Source: the human T2T-CHM13v2.0 reference genome, Homo sapiens
Direction: 5' to 3' (one strand)
Length of the DNA stretch: 64,000 nucleotides
Assembly (NCBI RefSeq): GCF_009914755.1
Contig: NC_060930.1
Numbering within the stretch: position 1 is the stretch's first letter; the number at the start of each line of letters is the position of its first letter. Under the pieces are notes generated by a model, which saw nothing but the letters and a program-made list of their open reading frames with translations, was not told the DNA's origin and did no database searches. The translations under genes and the position numbers were made by a program. Positions 15,383 to 28,494 of the stretch are shown in pieces.

Positions 15383-17021
15383 ATGGCGGGGCCGGTGAAG
15401 GACCGCGAGGCCTTCCAGAGGCTCAACTTCCTGTACCAGGTGAGTCTGCGACAAGGGCCCCACGGGGACGGTGCTCGGCGTCCCAGAGTGACTGCTCCCC
15501 TCCCGCAGGCCGCCCATTGTGTCCTTGCCCAGGACCCCGAGAACCAGGCGCTGGCGAGGTTTTACTGCTACACTGAGAGGACCATTGCGAAGCGGCTCGT
15601 CTTGCGGCGGTGAGACAGCCACGGGGCGGGCGGCGGGCGGGACGCGGGAGGAACGCGAGAGGGAGCGCGGGCGCCAGACCACTATCCTCCTCCGCCCCCA
15701 GGGATCCCTCGGTGAAGAGGACTCTCTGTCGAGGCTGCTCTTCCCTCCTCGTCCCGGGCCTCACCTGCACCCACCGCCAGAGACGTGAGTGCTCCAACGG
15801 AGGTGGAAGACTGCGGAGCATTGGGGGCGCGGAGGGGGGCGGGGTGGGGGGCGGGCACTGGAGGCCAACAGCGCCTTTCTCACTGTAGATGGATGTTGGG
15901 TGTGGGATTCGCAGGAGTCTTCCTTCTTCGGGTTTGGATTAAGTTCCTAACGCCACTTGCACAAACTAGGGTTTGGGCTCGGCTGTTTTTTTTTTTTTTC
16001 TTCCAGTGTGGGCAATAAATAATAACTTTTAAGAGGCAACCCCACCCATGCACAATAATAGATGTTGTTCGGCTTTGTGGAGGACGATTCCCATCACCAT
16101 TCATTTATTAAGCAAATACTTATTTTCTAAAATGTGTCAGGTACTGTGCTAGATTCATTATTCTCATTGAAATTACGGTCTGATGGGACAGACTAAGAAA
16201 CAAAATGGTGTAGAAAAAGATTAACTGGGGGAGTAGAATGCTCACTTACTCATGCCAGTGGTGGCGAAGTTTATGATAAGCAAAGGGAGTGAGAGATGGA
16301 AATTCTAGGCATGTGTGCAGACTCTGAGACAAGAGAGCTTGTGGTGCTGTCAAAGAAATGAGAGTTCAGGAGGCTGGAGTTTGAGGTAGGAGGGCAAAAC
16401 ATGAGACTGGAGGGGGAAACAGGCCAGTTCTTGAAGTCTTGTTAGGGAGTTTGAACTTTATCTTAAAGAGTTCCAGGAAATCGATGGAGCTTATGCCGAG
16501 GCCTGACACCATCAAATGTGCATTCAAATTGGGGGTGTGGTGGGGGAGCGGGGATACCTACTGAAAAACACTGGAGGCAAAACTGGCAGCAAGAGACCGT
16601 TACTTCTAAACGTGGACAGTCTTTTTCCCATGTTCACCCTAGGCTGCAGGGGACAGCGCTGGACCGTACAGACCTGCCTAACATGCCAGCGCAGCCAACG
16701 CTTCCTCAATGATCCCGGGCATTTACTCTGGGGAGACAGGCCTGAGGCCCAGCTCGGGAGCCAAGCAGGTGAGAGGTGAGGGAGAAAATGGAGGACACCC
16801 CAGAGGATAGGGACAATGGAGAACGTAGAGTGAAGAGGACACATGGACAGGTTCTGGGTTGGTGTGAGAAGTACCACAGTCAGAAAACTAATTCTGTTTC
16901 TCTGATTCTGCTCATTTACTCAGATTCCAAACCACTACAACCCTTGCCAAACACAGCCCACTCCATTTCAGACCGCCTTCCTGAGGAGAAAATGCAGACT
17001 CAGGGTTCCAGTAACCAGTGA
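15383..17021 (+). CDS. RPP21: RPP21, ribonuclease P protein subunit p21 (154 aa). Exons 15383-15439, 15509-15609, 15702-15784, 16643-16768, 16924-17021
   Basis: All introns GT-AG; exon lengths 57+101+83+126+98=465 nt = 154 aa + stop; Rpr2/RPP21 motifs QRLNFLYQAA, KRTLCRGC and TCLTC (zinc ribbon). Confidence 0.97.
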
Positions 17022-17041
17022 TGGATTCACCCCATCTCCCA

Positions 17042-17047
17042 AATAAA
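17042..17047 (+). terminator. RPP21: RPP21 polyadenylation signal
   Basis: AATAAA 20 nt after the stop, followed by a T/GT-rich downstream element. Confidence 0.85.
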
Positions 17048-17739
17048 GTTTACTTGTTTTACATTCCATGATTCTGTTCTGTGGGTATTTCAACTCTTAA
17101 TTCCATTTTCTTCTGTTTCTGTCTGTGTTTCTTGGTCACCTTTGTAATCCCACCATGCAGGGAGATCGTGATTTCCATAGACCACTTGGCCTCACTCAGC
17201 AGCTTGCATTTCCAAGGCCATGGCCCCAGTTCCCTATCAATGTCCTGAGCCACCTTAGGGCATTCCATGTTTGGGCAGCCATAATTGCTGACTGAAGAGC
17301 TGGAGAGAATGATGCCACTGCTGCTGTTTTTAAACAAGGGGAGAAATATGGGGCAGCGGAGAGTGTTTGTATCCTCTAGGCCCACTCATAGTCAGAAAAG
17401 ACTCAGGTCTTTTCCCAGTCTCAAAGTTGTCTTTAATAAAATTCTGATAAAGGAAATGGCGCAAACCTGAACTAACAAAGTCAAAGATGCTAACAAAGGA
17501 CACCGACAGACATTTTGCAATTATGTCCCATAGGTAAACTCTCAGAGTTTTCTTAAGAATAAACAACTAAAATGTTTTCTTCGATATCCCTAGAAAGCCT
17601 ACTGAAGTACAGAATTCTTAGACTGACCTTTTTGCTAAATGCCAGCTAATAAGGTTATACCAAAAGCATACAAACAAAATTTACTACTTCCAGAATGCAG
17701 TTTTCTTTTATTTCTCTTATAAACCCTGTGTTTGCTTAT

Positions 17740-18520
17740 CGATAGCTGTATAAAAAAATCACTTCATCATGTTGGAGCTTAAAACATAATGATTTATTAT
17801 TTCCTCTGGTTCTGTGAACTAGGAATTCTGAAAGACTTTGGCTGGGTGGTTCTCCTGTTACATATGAAATCAGCTTAAATAGCTGCATTTAGCTGCTATC
17901 TCGTAGGTGGTCTGGAAGACCCAAGAAATTTCACTCACGTGTTTAGCACCTCATTGCTTCTCCAAGTAGCCTTGCTCCCTCGCTAGCTTTGATGTTCCCA
18001 CAGCATGGCTGACTCAGGGTAGTTGTATTTCTTACATCCCCTCTGGCTTCTACAAAAGCATCCCAATATGTAAGTGTTTGGCTGGATGCTGTGGCTCACA
18101 CCTGTGATCCCAGCACTTTGTGAGGCCGAGGCAGGTGGATCACTTGAGTTCAGGAGTTTGAGACCAGCCCGGACAACATGGTGGAACCCTGTCTGTACTT
18201 AAAATACAAAAAAATTAGCAGGGCGTGGTAGCAGGCACCTGTAATTCCAGCTACTCGGGAGGCTGAGGCAGGAGAATCACCTGAACCCAGGAGGCAGAGT
18301 TGCAGTGGGCCAAGATCGCGCCACTGCATTCCAGCCTGTGTGACAGAGTGAGACTGTCTCAAAAAAAAAAAGTGTTTATCGAGCCTCTGTTGGGGTCACA
18401 CTTGCTAATGTTCCCTTGGCCAAAGCAAGGCACAGTGCCAATGCCAGATTCAATGTGGAAGGGGCTACACTGGAGTTTGAACGCTGGGAGGTTCATTAGT
18501 TCCCTGGGGATCACCAGTGT
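17740..18520. mobile_element. Old MaLR (MLT1-like) LTR interrupted by a + strand Alu at 18079-18371
   Basis: Alu is unambiguous; flanks resemble MLT1 LTR (gcttaaaaca..atttattatt..ggttctgtg). Confidence 0.6.
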
Positions 18521-18532
18521 AACAATCTACCA

Positions 18533-18882
18533 CAGGGGTCCCCAACCCCCAGGCCCTGTGGACTGGTACTGGGCTGTGTCCTGTTAGGAACCAGGCTGCC
18601 TAGTAGGAGGTGAGCAGTGGTGGAAGGGAGGGATGGGCCAGCATTACTGCCTGAGTAATCAGTGGCAGCATTAGATTCACATAGGAGCATGAACCCTACT
18701 GTGAACTGCGCATGCAAGGGATCTGGGTTGCATGCTCCTTATCATAATCTAATTGCTGATGATCTGGGGTGAAATAGTTTCATCCCAGAACCATACCCTT
18801 CCTGCTCCATGGAAAAATTGCCTTTCACAAAACCAGTCCCTGGTTAACCTGTCCCTAGTGCCAAAAAGGTTGGGGATCACTC
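18533..18882. mobile_element. MER1B-like hAT-Charlie element
   Basis: Ends caggggtccccaacc...ggttggggatcact; 8-bp TSD atctacca on both sides. Confidence 0.88.
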
Positions 18883-20079
18883 ATCTACCACATTCTTGTT
18901 TTGCCTTTGTCCCTGACTTGGTCTCTCCACTGCCTCCTTCACATGTCAGTAAATTATTTGCGTAGAAAATACTAAACAGTGTACATGTAAGTAAATGTTT
19001 CTGAGTCATCCTTTGACATTTTATTTCTGGAAATAGTGCCTACCTGGGTCAACTTTCAGTCCAACAAAAATGTGTAGCCTGAAAGTAACACCTCGTGCAT
19101 ACCTGGGTCCTTTGCATCCTCAGCTCACCTTCCATGGCTCCTCCAGTAAGTTTAATTTGGGATGACTGAGCTCGACTCTTGCACACTTAATCTGATCTTT
19201 GGCTAAGTTTGTCTTGAGTGTGTTATGATTGCATGTGACTGAACATGTCTACAGTGGGATAGCAGTGGGGAAACTGAGTTTCGATTTCATGGCTCAGTCA
19301 CTAAGTGATTCCTCTCATGTGGGAGATCATGGGAATCAGGTCCCAGTCAGGATGAGCGGCAGACAAAACAGTATCTGGAATCTGGTTCACTTGTGAGTCT
19401 TTGTGGTTTCTTTATTTGTTGTGGGTTTCTATCAATATATAACTCTAAAGATCACAGCCCTCTTCCTCTTTCCACAGCCCTCTTCCTCTTTCCTTTTTCA
19501 TGTTTAATTATAAATATATGATTACATATATAACATTTATATTCTATACATTGATACATGATTCTATGTATTAATACAGATACATCATAAAGATATATAA
19601 TGTGATAGTGGCATATTATATGCAAAAATGGATTTCCTAGATGAAAGATGAAAATAAACTGAATCCCTGGAATGCAGTAGCTTTCTCAAGTGTTTCTAGA
19701 AGTTCAATAACTCAAAATTTATGCCCTTTTAGGACTCTAAATAAAATTAAAGGAGAGAGAAGAAACTTAGGTTATTCAAATCGAATCAAGAAATGAGGTC
19801 TTCCAGTAACCATAGAAACTATGCCTTAGTCACTCCCTGAACATTAAGTTCATTTAGCACTTTCAAAACTAGTGAAAACCAGTATCGTTATTGTCAGGAG
19901 GCAAAAGAGAGAAGGATTGAGAGACTGTTATTTTGAATTCAAGTAGCAAAAACGTTAGAAAAGACAGGTCTTGAACATTGAGGAATCTGAGTTATTGTCA
20001 CCATAATAAATCAGTGTGTATCTCTAATTTAAAACAATTATATCACTATGAAGATAGTGCCTATGCTTAGTAACTGCTT

Positions 20080-21250
20080 AATAAATTTTCAAAACTATTT
20101 TGAAATATAGATTCACTGGAAGCTGCAAAGAGCATACTGAAATGTCCCCTACATCCTCACCCAGTGCCCCCCAGTGGTTCCTCTTTTTATTGTGGTAAAA
20201 TATACTTAACTTAAAATGTATCATTTTAGCCATTTTAAAGTGTACAATTCAGTGGCATTAAGTACATTTGCAATATTATACAATCACCACCACTATTTAG
20301 TTCCAGATCTTTTTCATCATCCCAAACAGAAACCTGTTTCCATTAAACAGTCACTTCCAATTTTTCCCTATTCCAGCCCTTAGCAACCACTAATCTGTTT
20401 CTGCCTTTACGGATTTGTCTATTCTGTATATTTCATATAAATGGAATCATACAATTTGTAGCTTATTGTGTCTGATTTCTTTCACTTAGCATAATGTTTT
20501 CAGGGTTCATCCGTGCTGTAGCAAATGTCAGTATTTCATTCCTTTCTATGGCTGAATAGTAGCCGATTATATGGATATACCACATTTTGTTTATCCATTC
20601 AGCCATCAATGGACACTTCCGTTATTTCTGCTTTTTGGCTATTGTGAACAGTGCTGCTATGAACATTTGTGTACAAGGTTCTGTTTCAGTATCTGTTTTT
20701 AGTTTTTTTGTTGGAGGATATAGGTGCGGTTCGTTTGATAGTTTTATATTTTAACTTTTTGAGGAACTACCAAACTGCTCTTCATGGCTGCTGCACCATT
20801 TTGCACTCCCACCAGCAATGCACATGGTTCTAATTTCTCTCCATCCTAATCTACACTTACTTTCAGTTTGTTTTGTTGTTTATTATAGCCATCCTATAAT
20901 AACATTCTAGTGGGTATAAAACCGCTAGAAGTCAATCCAAAACACTAGACAAAAACCACAAAACCTCTTTGTGGTTTTGATATACAGTTCTCTAATGAGT
21001 AATGATGTTGAGCATCTTATGTGTTTGTTGGCTATTTGTATATTTTCTTTGGAAAAAGGTCCTTTCAAGACCTTTGCCCATTTAAAAAAAATAGGTTGCC
21101 TTTATGTTTTGAGTTTTAGGAATTCTTTATATATTCTGAATACTAGACCCTTATCAGATATATGATTTGCAAACATTTTCTTTCATTCCGTGGATTGTCT
21201 TTTCACTCTCTTGATAGTATATTTTGATGTATAAAAGCTTTTAATTTTCA
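20080..21250 (-). mobile_element. Old L1 (L1M) 3' region
   Basis: Antisense L1 3' consensus (ttcacttagcataatg, gatgttgagcatc, cttatcagatatatgatttgca). Confidence 0.8.
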
Positions 21251-21601
21251 TGATCTTGCAGCTACTTCCTCAAGAACCAAACTGTCTCTCTCAGACCTTA
21301 TCTTCTGCCTCCATCCTGATTCTTTTTGGAGCTTGTTCTAACCCTGGCCCTGCCCACTGTGACCTTGACACTACTTAATTAGGACCCCCTCACCTCCTTT
21401 CAGACCTGGTGCCTCCAACTATATCCTGCCTCACTCTGCTTTGAAACAGGAAAGTGTTCCCCCTGGACTCTTAGAGTAGATGTGGGTATCTGAGTTTCTC
21501 TTCCTAAAATCCTTTCCTTCTTAGAGCGATCAATGAGCCCTGTTGAATGGCCTATGGAAGGGAAATGAATGTTCTAAATTTCCTCTGACCCTTTTCTTCG
21601 G

Positions 21602-21762
21602 ACCCCCAAAGGCATTCCCCACCAGCACCCACTATGACCCCATCTCTGACTGTAATACCACCCTGAGGTGCTGGGCCCTGGGCTTCCACCCTGAAGAGAT
21701 CACATTGATCTGGCAGCAGGATGGGGAGGACTATACCTAGGACATGGAGCTTGCAGAGACCA
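21602..21762 (+). pseudogene. HLA-N: MHC class I alpha-3 (exon 4) fragment pseudogene with upstream intron-3 remnant
   Basis: Translates [44 protein letters not shown]; acceptor decayed to tcgg; in-frame TAG at 21738-21740; ends before the second Cys; position after RPP21 fits the recalled HLA-N locus. Confidence 0.9.
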
Positions 21763-21780
21763 TTTTATCTTTTTGACAAC

Positions 21781-22082
21781 TTTTTTTTTTTTTTTTTTTT
21801 TTTGAGACAGAGTCTCACTCTTGCCCAAGCTGGAGTGCAGTGGCGCGATCTTGGCTCACTGCAAGCTCCGCCTCCCAGGTTGATGCCATTCTCCTGCCTC
21901 AGCCTCCTGAATAGCTGGGACTACAGGCACCCGCCACCATGCCCGGCTAATTTTTTGTATTTTTAGTAGAGACGGGGTTTCACCGTGTTAACCAGGATGG
22001 GCTCGATCTCCTGACCTCGTGATCCACCCGCCTCGGCCTCCCAAAGTGCTGGGATTACAGGCGTGAGCCACCGCACCCGGCT
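21781..22082 (-). mobile_element. Alu (AluY-like) just downstream of HLA-N
   Basis: CpG-rich antisense Alu; TSD tgacaac. Confidence 0.95.
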
Positions 22083-22636
22083 GACAACGTTTTTTAAGCT
22101 CTCTGTACTGTATATACATCTAATTCAGTGTTTTGGACTGCCATAGATTATGCTTTTAAAACATTTTGTTTATCCCTTTTCTTATGGATAGTCAACTAGT
22201 TTGCTTCCAACTATATGTTACCATATATATCTCTGTAGTAGAATTCTAGACCATGGACCTATGAGAGTGGGCCTCTGGAGTACTTAGCCACAATTACAAA
22301 TTGGATTCTAGGTTTGTGTGTATGGAAATTACCTGAGGAAAGTCAAATTTTCCTTCAGCTTCCACAGTCTATACTCCCTAGCAATATACCAAGTTCATCT
22401 TTCTTTACATGCTCAGTTGATTTTAACTGACTTCTTAATCTTTGTCACAATCTAATCAGTATCAACTCTTTCCCTTTCTTGTTGTAACTTGAGTTTCTCT
22501 TATTGCCAGTGATACTGTGTAGCTTCAAATAAGTCATCATCATTCATTTTTCTCTTTCTTTGAACTGCCTATTCAAATGTTTCCCCCTATTTTTCCACTA
22601 GATTTCATGGTGTTCTTTTCTTTTTGCTTTGAAGGG

Positions 22637-22985
22637 TGTTATGGGCTAAATGTTTGTGTTCCCCCAAAATTCATATGTTGAAGCCCTAACCCCCAGTGTG
22701 GTGGTATCTGGAGGTGGGACCCTGGGGAGGTAATTAAGTTTAGATGAGGTCAGGAGGGGGGGGCCTCCGTGATGGGATTAGTGCTCTTTTAAGAAGAGGG
22801 AGATTGGAGCTCTCTTTCCCTACCTTGTGAGGACACCGAAAGAAGGCAGTCATCTGTATGCCAGGAAGAGGATCCTCACTGGAACTGAATCTGCTGTCAC
22901 CTCCAAAACTGTGAGAGATAAATGTCTGTTGTATAAGCCACCCAGTCTGTGGTATTTGTTATAGCAGCCATGGCTGACTAAGACC
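22637..22985 (+). mobile_element. MaLR solo LTR (MLT1A-like)
   Basis: tgttatgggctaaatg...aaaattcatatgttgaagccctaacc...gactaagac. Confidence 0.85.
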
Positions 22986-24259
22986 TAAGGTTTTGGTTGT
23001 TTTGTTTGTTTGTTTGTTTGTTTTCTTGTAATGGAAAAGAATTCTTTTAGAGTTTTACCTGGTACATTTGTGCCTTTAATACATTTTGAGTTGATTTCTA
23101 CAGATTGTGTGAAGTAATCTGCTGGTTCTCTAAGGCTTCAGTGAATGCCTCCTCTCCAAGCTGCACTTGAGTCCTCCCATCTGCCTGGGCCTGGAGCTTC
23201 TTATGAAGCCTCAGCTGCAAGCAGTGGTCAGTGGCAATTTCTTTCAGGAGAGAGCCTGCCTTCAGCCAGTCTCCTGACAAACAGCATGCTGGAAGCATCA
23301 GCCCTTCCCACTGCCTTTGCTTTCTGTTGATGACCCATTCTTCATGGAGAGTGGTGTTTCTCTTGTCCTTAACTCAACTATAACTTTTCTCTTTTTACAT
23401 TTTTCTTATTGCCATGTAATTTGGGGCAGAGAGTCTTTGCCTAAGCATGAACTTATTGTGCCATCCTGACCAAAGCCTGTCATTTAGGGATGTGTCCTGC
23501 TTTGTGGTGGGTCATTCTGAAATTACCCGTTTCAGCCCAGTGGAATTTAACCAGAACTGTGGGATTGAAACTGTCTCTTGAAGAGGAACTGTGGGGAAAA
23601 TGAACAAACCAACATTCAGGCTCAGTTGGAGTATGCTTTTAGGCTTTCCCAGGTTATGGAGTATAAAGCTAATTGTTGATTCATTCCTTCTTGGCTTTAC
23701 AGTTGTAGAAAGAGATCTGGCCTAAAATCCCTATAACTGGGACAGGCTGAGTCCAGGCTCTGACATTGGCCAGCTGTGCGACTGGGCAATATTTTGTTTC
23801 ACTCTCTAGCCTCATTTTCAATAGGTAATACATGCAAGTAGCAGGAAATTCAGAAAGTATGCAAATAGATAGGGGAATTAATTTTCCAGCTACCCATTTT
23901 ATCTTCCAGAGGAGAATACGGTAAAAATATTCTGGATATTTTTGTAAATATATATAAACAAGTTGGTATTGATTTAAATTTTTCTTTCATACAAATGGTA
24001 GAATACTATTCTATGGGTCATATACTGCTTTTTATTTAGCAAAAAAACTTAGTGCTCTTACCATTTTAGTATCTAACATCAGCTTCATTATTTTTCATCA
24101 CTGCATAATATTCTATTGTGTGGGTATACCATAATTTATTTAGTCTGCTCCCTGTTGAGTATTTACCTTCTTTCAAATGTTCTGCCCATAAACAATATGT
24201 AAAGCTTAGGTATGGCTATACATCCAGCATGGATGAGTCTTCAAAACATACTATTCAGT

Positions 24260-24577
<318 letters not shown>

Positions 24578-26285
24578 AACATACTATTCAGCAAAACTCC
24601 AGATACAAAAGAACACATATTGTATGATTCCATTTATGTACTGTTCAAAAACAATAAAATATGAATATACATACAGACATATAATTTATTATTTAGTGAT
24701 TTCTTCTTAGGTGGGAAAACTTTGAAAATAAAGCAAGAAAACATCGCCTGAAAATTCAGGGTAGTAGCCAATTGGGAGGGGATGTGATTGCTGGAGTAGA
24801 GGCACCTGGGCTGCCAGCAACGTTTAATTTCTCAAGTAAGATAGTAGGTACATTGCATGTATGCTTCATTTAGCTGTACTTTTTTGCATTTATGTCATGT
24901 TATTGTTCACGATAAAAACGACTTTAAAGTGAAGTGAAAAGAGTACTATGCTTAAGCTTTTTGCTCACATTTTATTTTACACCTGGGTCTTTATCCACAT
25001 GATAAATTTCTAAAGGTTAAGTTGCCAGATCAAATACTTTTGCAGTTAAATTTTGATGGAAAATACCAGTTGCCTTTCACAGAAATTACATCAATTTACT
25101 CCCCATACAAAACAAGACACAAAATAGTGTCTGATTACCTTACCTTCACCAGCACAATAAGGCATCATCAAATCTTTGGGTTTTGATCACCTGATAAATA
25201 ACGGTTTCTGTGTATGTGTGTGTGTGTGTGTTTCTGTTATAGGGCCCTAATAATGATTTATGTAAATGTGTACAGAAGTAACTCTTTCAAGTGGTCAGGC
25301 TCCAGTGGGTGGGAAACACCTTTATAAAAAAATTGAGAAATTTTGTAGTCTTATTCCAGCCTAATGTAAAAAAAAAAAAATCAAGAACTGCACAAATGTG
25401 ATTTATGGGTATTGTATCCCAAACGGTCCCATCTCTACTTAACAAATGGATTGACCCATCCTGATATGTCTATTTTTTCATTTCCTAAAACAAATGAGGC
25501 TTAACTTCTCTGACCCAAATTGTCCTTGCTGTGCTTCAAGGGGGACCTAGGCAAGGATGTGGGTCAGGGGCAGATGGACTGAAAACGTGTGCAGTGAGTG
25601 AGCCAATCATGTTTTAGGAAGATTAAAGCTCCTGAGACAGAGGACTCCTAGGCAGAGATGGCAGCGAGCTCCCCAGCTCAGGCTTTTAGCACCGCCAACT
25701 CTCTGGTAAAAGCAGCTGCACCCACCTCTTCCCTTCACTCTCACCTCCTATGTTCTTGGGCATCAAACGTAATTTTGCTTCAGAGCTCAAGGGCAGTGCA
25801 GCCTAAGGAAAACTTGTAAGAATTCCTCAGTCTTGAAGTCCTTTGCCTGAAACCAAGGAGAGATCAAGGCCTAGGGAGAAGAAGGGGAACATTCTCTTTG
25901 GAATGCTGGGTATTTCTAAGCAGGAGTAGGGGGCCCTGCCCTGGAGGGAAGGTTTGCCTTGAACTGCTCTGCCTGCACCCTGCCCCAAACTCTGCACTCT
26001 CCAGGTCCTAATCCAAACAAGTACAACAGGAGGCTGAGTTTGCAGTGGAGAGTGAAATAGCATGATAGTTACAAAATTGTCAGGACTTGTATGTGGTTGG
26101 ATGCTATTGTTTTTATCTTCTTTCATTCACTGTTTTCTGCAGTATCACTTTTGCCCAAATATATTTAAAGAAAAGAATTGTATCTCTACTTTCAATTTAA
26201 AACTAGTATTTTTCTAATACATTAAAATAACAAAGGAACCAATTATATATTAATATAAACAAAAAACTAAATTAAAAACTAACTT

Positions 26286-26570
<285 letters not shown>

Positions 26571-26648
26571 AACTAATCTGTCATTCTGCCAAATAAAGAT
26601 GCCTCTGGGAAATCCAACTCTGAGTGATGTCTCAGCTATCTTCTACAC

Positions 26649-26871
26649 ATCAGTTCTCAAGTGAACCCCCTTCCCTCAGGACATGTGGCAATGTCTGGAT
26701 ATATTTTGATGTTGTCACAATCAGGAAGGTGTTGGTGTTACAGGCATCTAGTGGGTAGAGGCTAGGAATGTTGCTAAACATCCTACAATTTACAGGACAA
26801 CCTCCACAATAAAGAGTTATGTGGCCTGAAACATCAAGTACTCACTGTAACGCTGAGGTTGAGAATCCCTG
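26649..26871. mobile_element. MER20-like hAT element
   Basis: ggcaatgtctgga, ggcatctagtgggtagaggc, ggttgagaa.ccctg; TSD (t/c)tctacac. Confidence 0.82.
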
Positions 26872-27447
26872 CTCTACACAGATCCTCTGAGCCTGATGCT
26901 CCAGGCAGGCTTCCTCCCCTGTAATACCCACAACACCTGCATAAATTGCTGTGTTAGCTCTTATCACACTGCAAGGTCATTGCATTTATTGTCTCCTCTT
27001 TACAACTGTGGGTTCCTGGAAAGCAGGGGCTCTGTCTGATAGCTATGTTTTGTAACTATGTGTTTTATGCCTTATATTTTTCTCAGCACTTGAACATTGC
27101 CTGGCACATAATATTTGCTCCACAAATAACTGCCAGAGGCATGAGTTTAGTTTTGAGACACCTAGGAAACAGCAGAAATTAGCAATGATTAGTGAGATAA
27201 AGAGAAGGTTATTAATAAAGCCCTCCCTTTATTACATCGGTCCTTCCTAAAACCCCAGTGTGGATGGTAACATGATTACATCCATTTTATACATAAGTTA
27301 ATTAATGCTTAGATAATTTACATGACGTGTCTAAGATCTCATGACTGGACAGCGGACTAGTTGAGACTCTCGCACAACTTATCTGACTTTAAAACTTCAA
27401 TTCTCCTATTATTATGCAAAGACTGCCCCTTAAATATACTCCTACTA

Positions 27448-27786
<339 letters not shown>

Positions 27787-27959
27787 TCAAGGTGGCCAAC
27801 TGGGCACAAAATCTTTCCTCCTTGACTCTTAAGATATTGTTAAAACGTTATTAGGGGAACTGAAATCCAAATTGTAAAGAAGGATGAGTCCAGTGGTGAA
27901 AATTTTCCACAAATATTAGAAATAGAAAAAAACCCTTACTGACCTATGAAAGAAGGCAG

Positions 27960-28490
27960 AAGTCCTAGCGCATAAGAAACGCTAGAGGGGGCTGTAGCCC
28001 AGAGAAAACCAATCAACCTACCAAATAGAGCCCCAGAAAGAAACCTCCTCCTCGCCCCTCCGCCTTCCTCTGTGTTCCTGCCGCTCCTCCATTCCTTCTT
28101 TGGAAGACGCAGCTCCTGCATTCCTTCTTTGGAAGACTCCCCCCTTCACCGAGGTTACCTACCAAATCCGCCATAGGGTGTGGTCCAGGGTCGAGTTATC
28201 ACAGACCTGTCTCCCCAAGGTCCCCGCGTCGCGTTATCTAGGCAGAAGCGCTGACCCCGCATCCCTCCCGTCGGGACCCCACGCGCTGCCCCAGTGAAAT
28301 GAAATCCTGGTGCTTGTGGCGTGCGCTGCGCGGTTCCACTCCGCTGTGCCTTCCTTTCCGCCCGCCCCCGACGGCTGGACGCCCCTCTGTCGATTGGAGC
28401 GGTCCTTAGTGCTACGTGTCCTGGGATCCCCAAAGTTGACCGCCCCCACAGGGTGTGCCAAAGCTCATCAAGCGCCATTCCAGTCTCAAC
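27960..28490. promoter_or_regulatory. Orphan CpG-rich promoter/enhancer-like element
   Basis: Many retained CpGs in unique sequence; CCAAT at ~28008 and ATTGG at ~28393; CCGCCAT at ~28168; GCGTGCGC at ~28319. Confidence 0.5.
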
Positions 28491-28494
28491 CTTT

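Noticed and set aside
15146-15821. Long overlapping and antisense ORFs over RPP21
   Set aside because: Expected stop-codon depletion in a GC-rich island; no recognisable domain
25640-25710. CTCF-like words (cagagatggcagc; ccagagagttggcgg on the minus strand)
   Set aside because: Mismatched or mis-spaced core positions; not supportable from sequence alone
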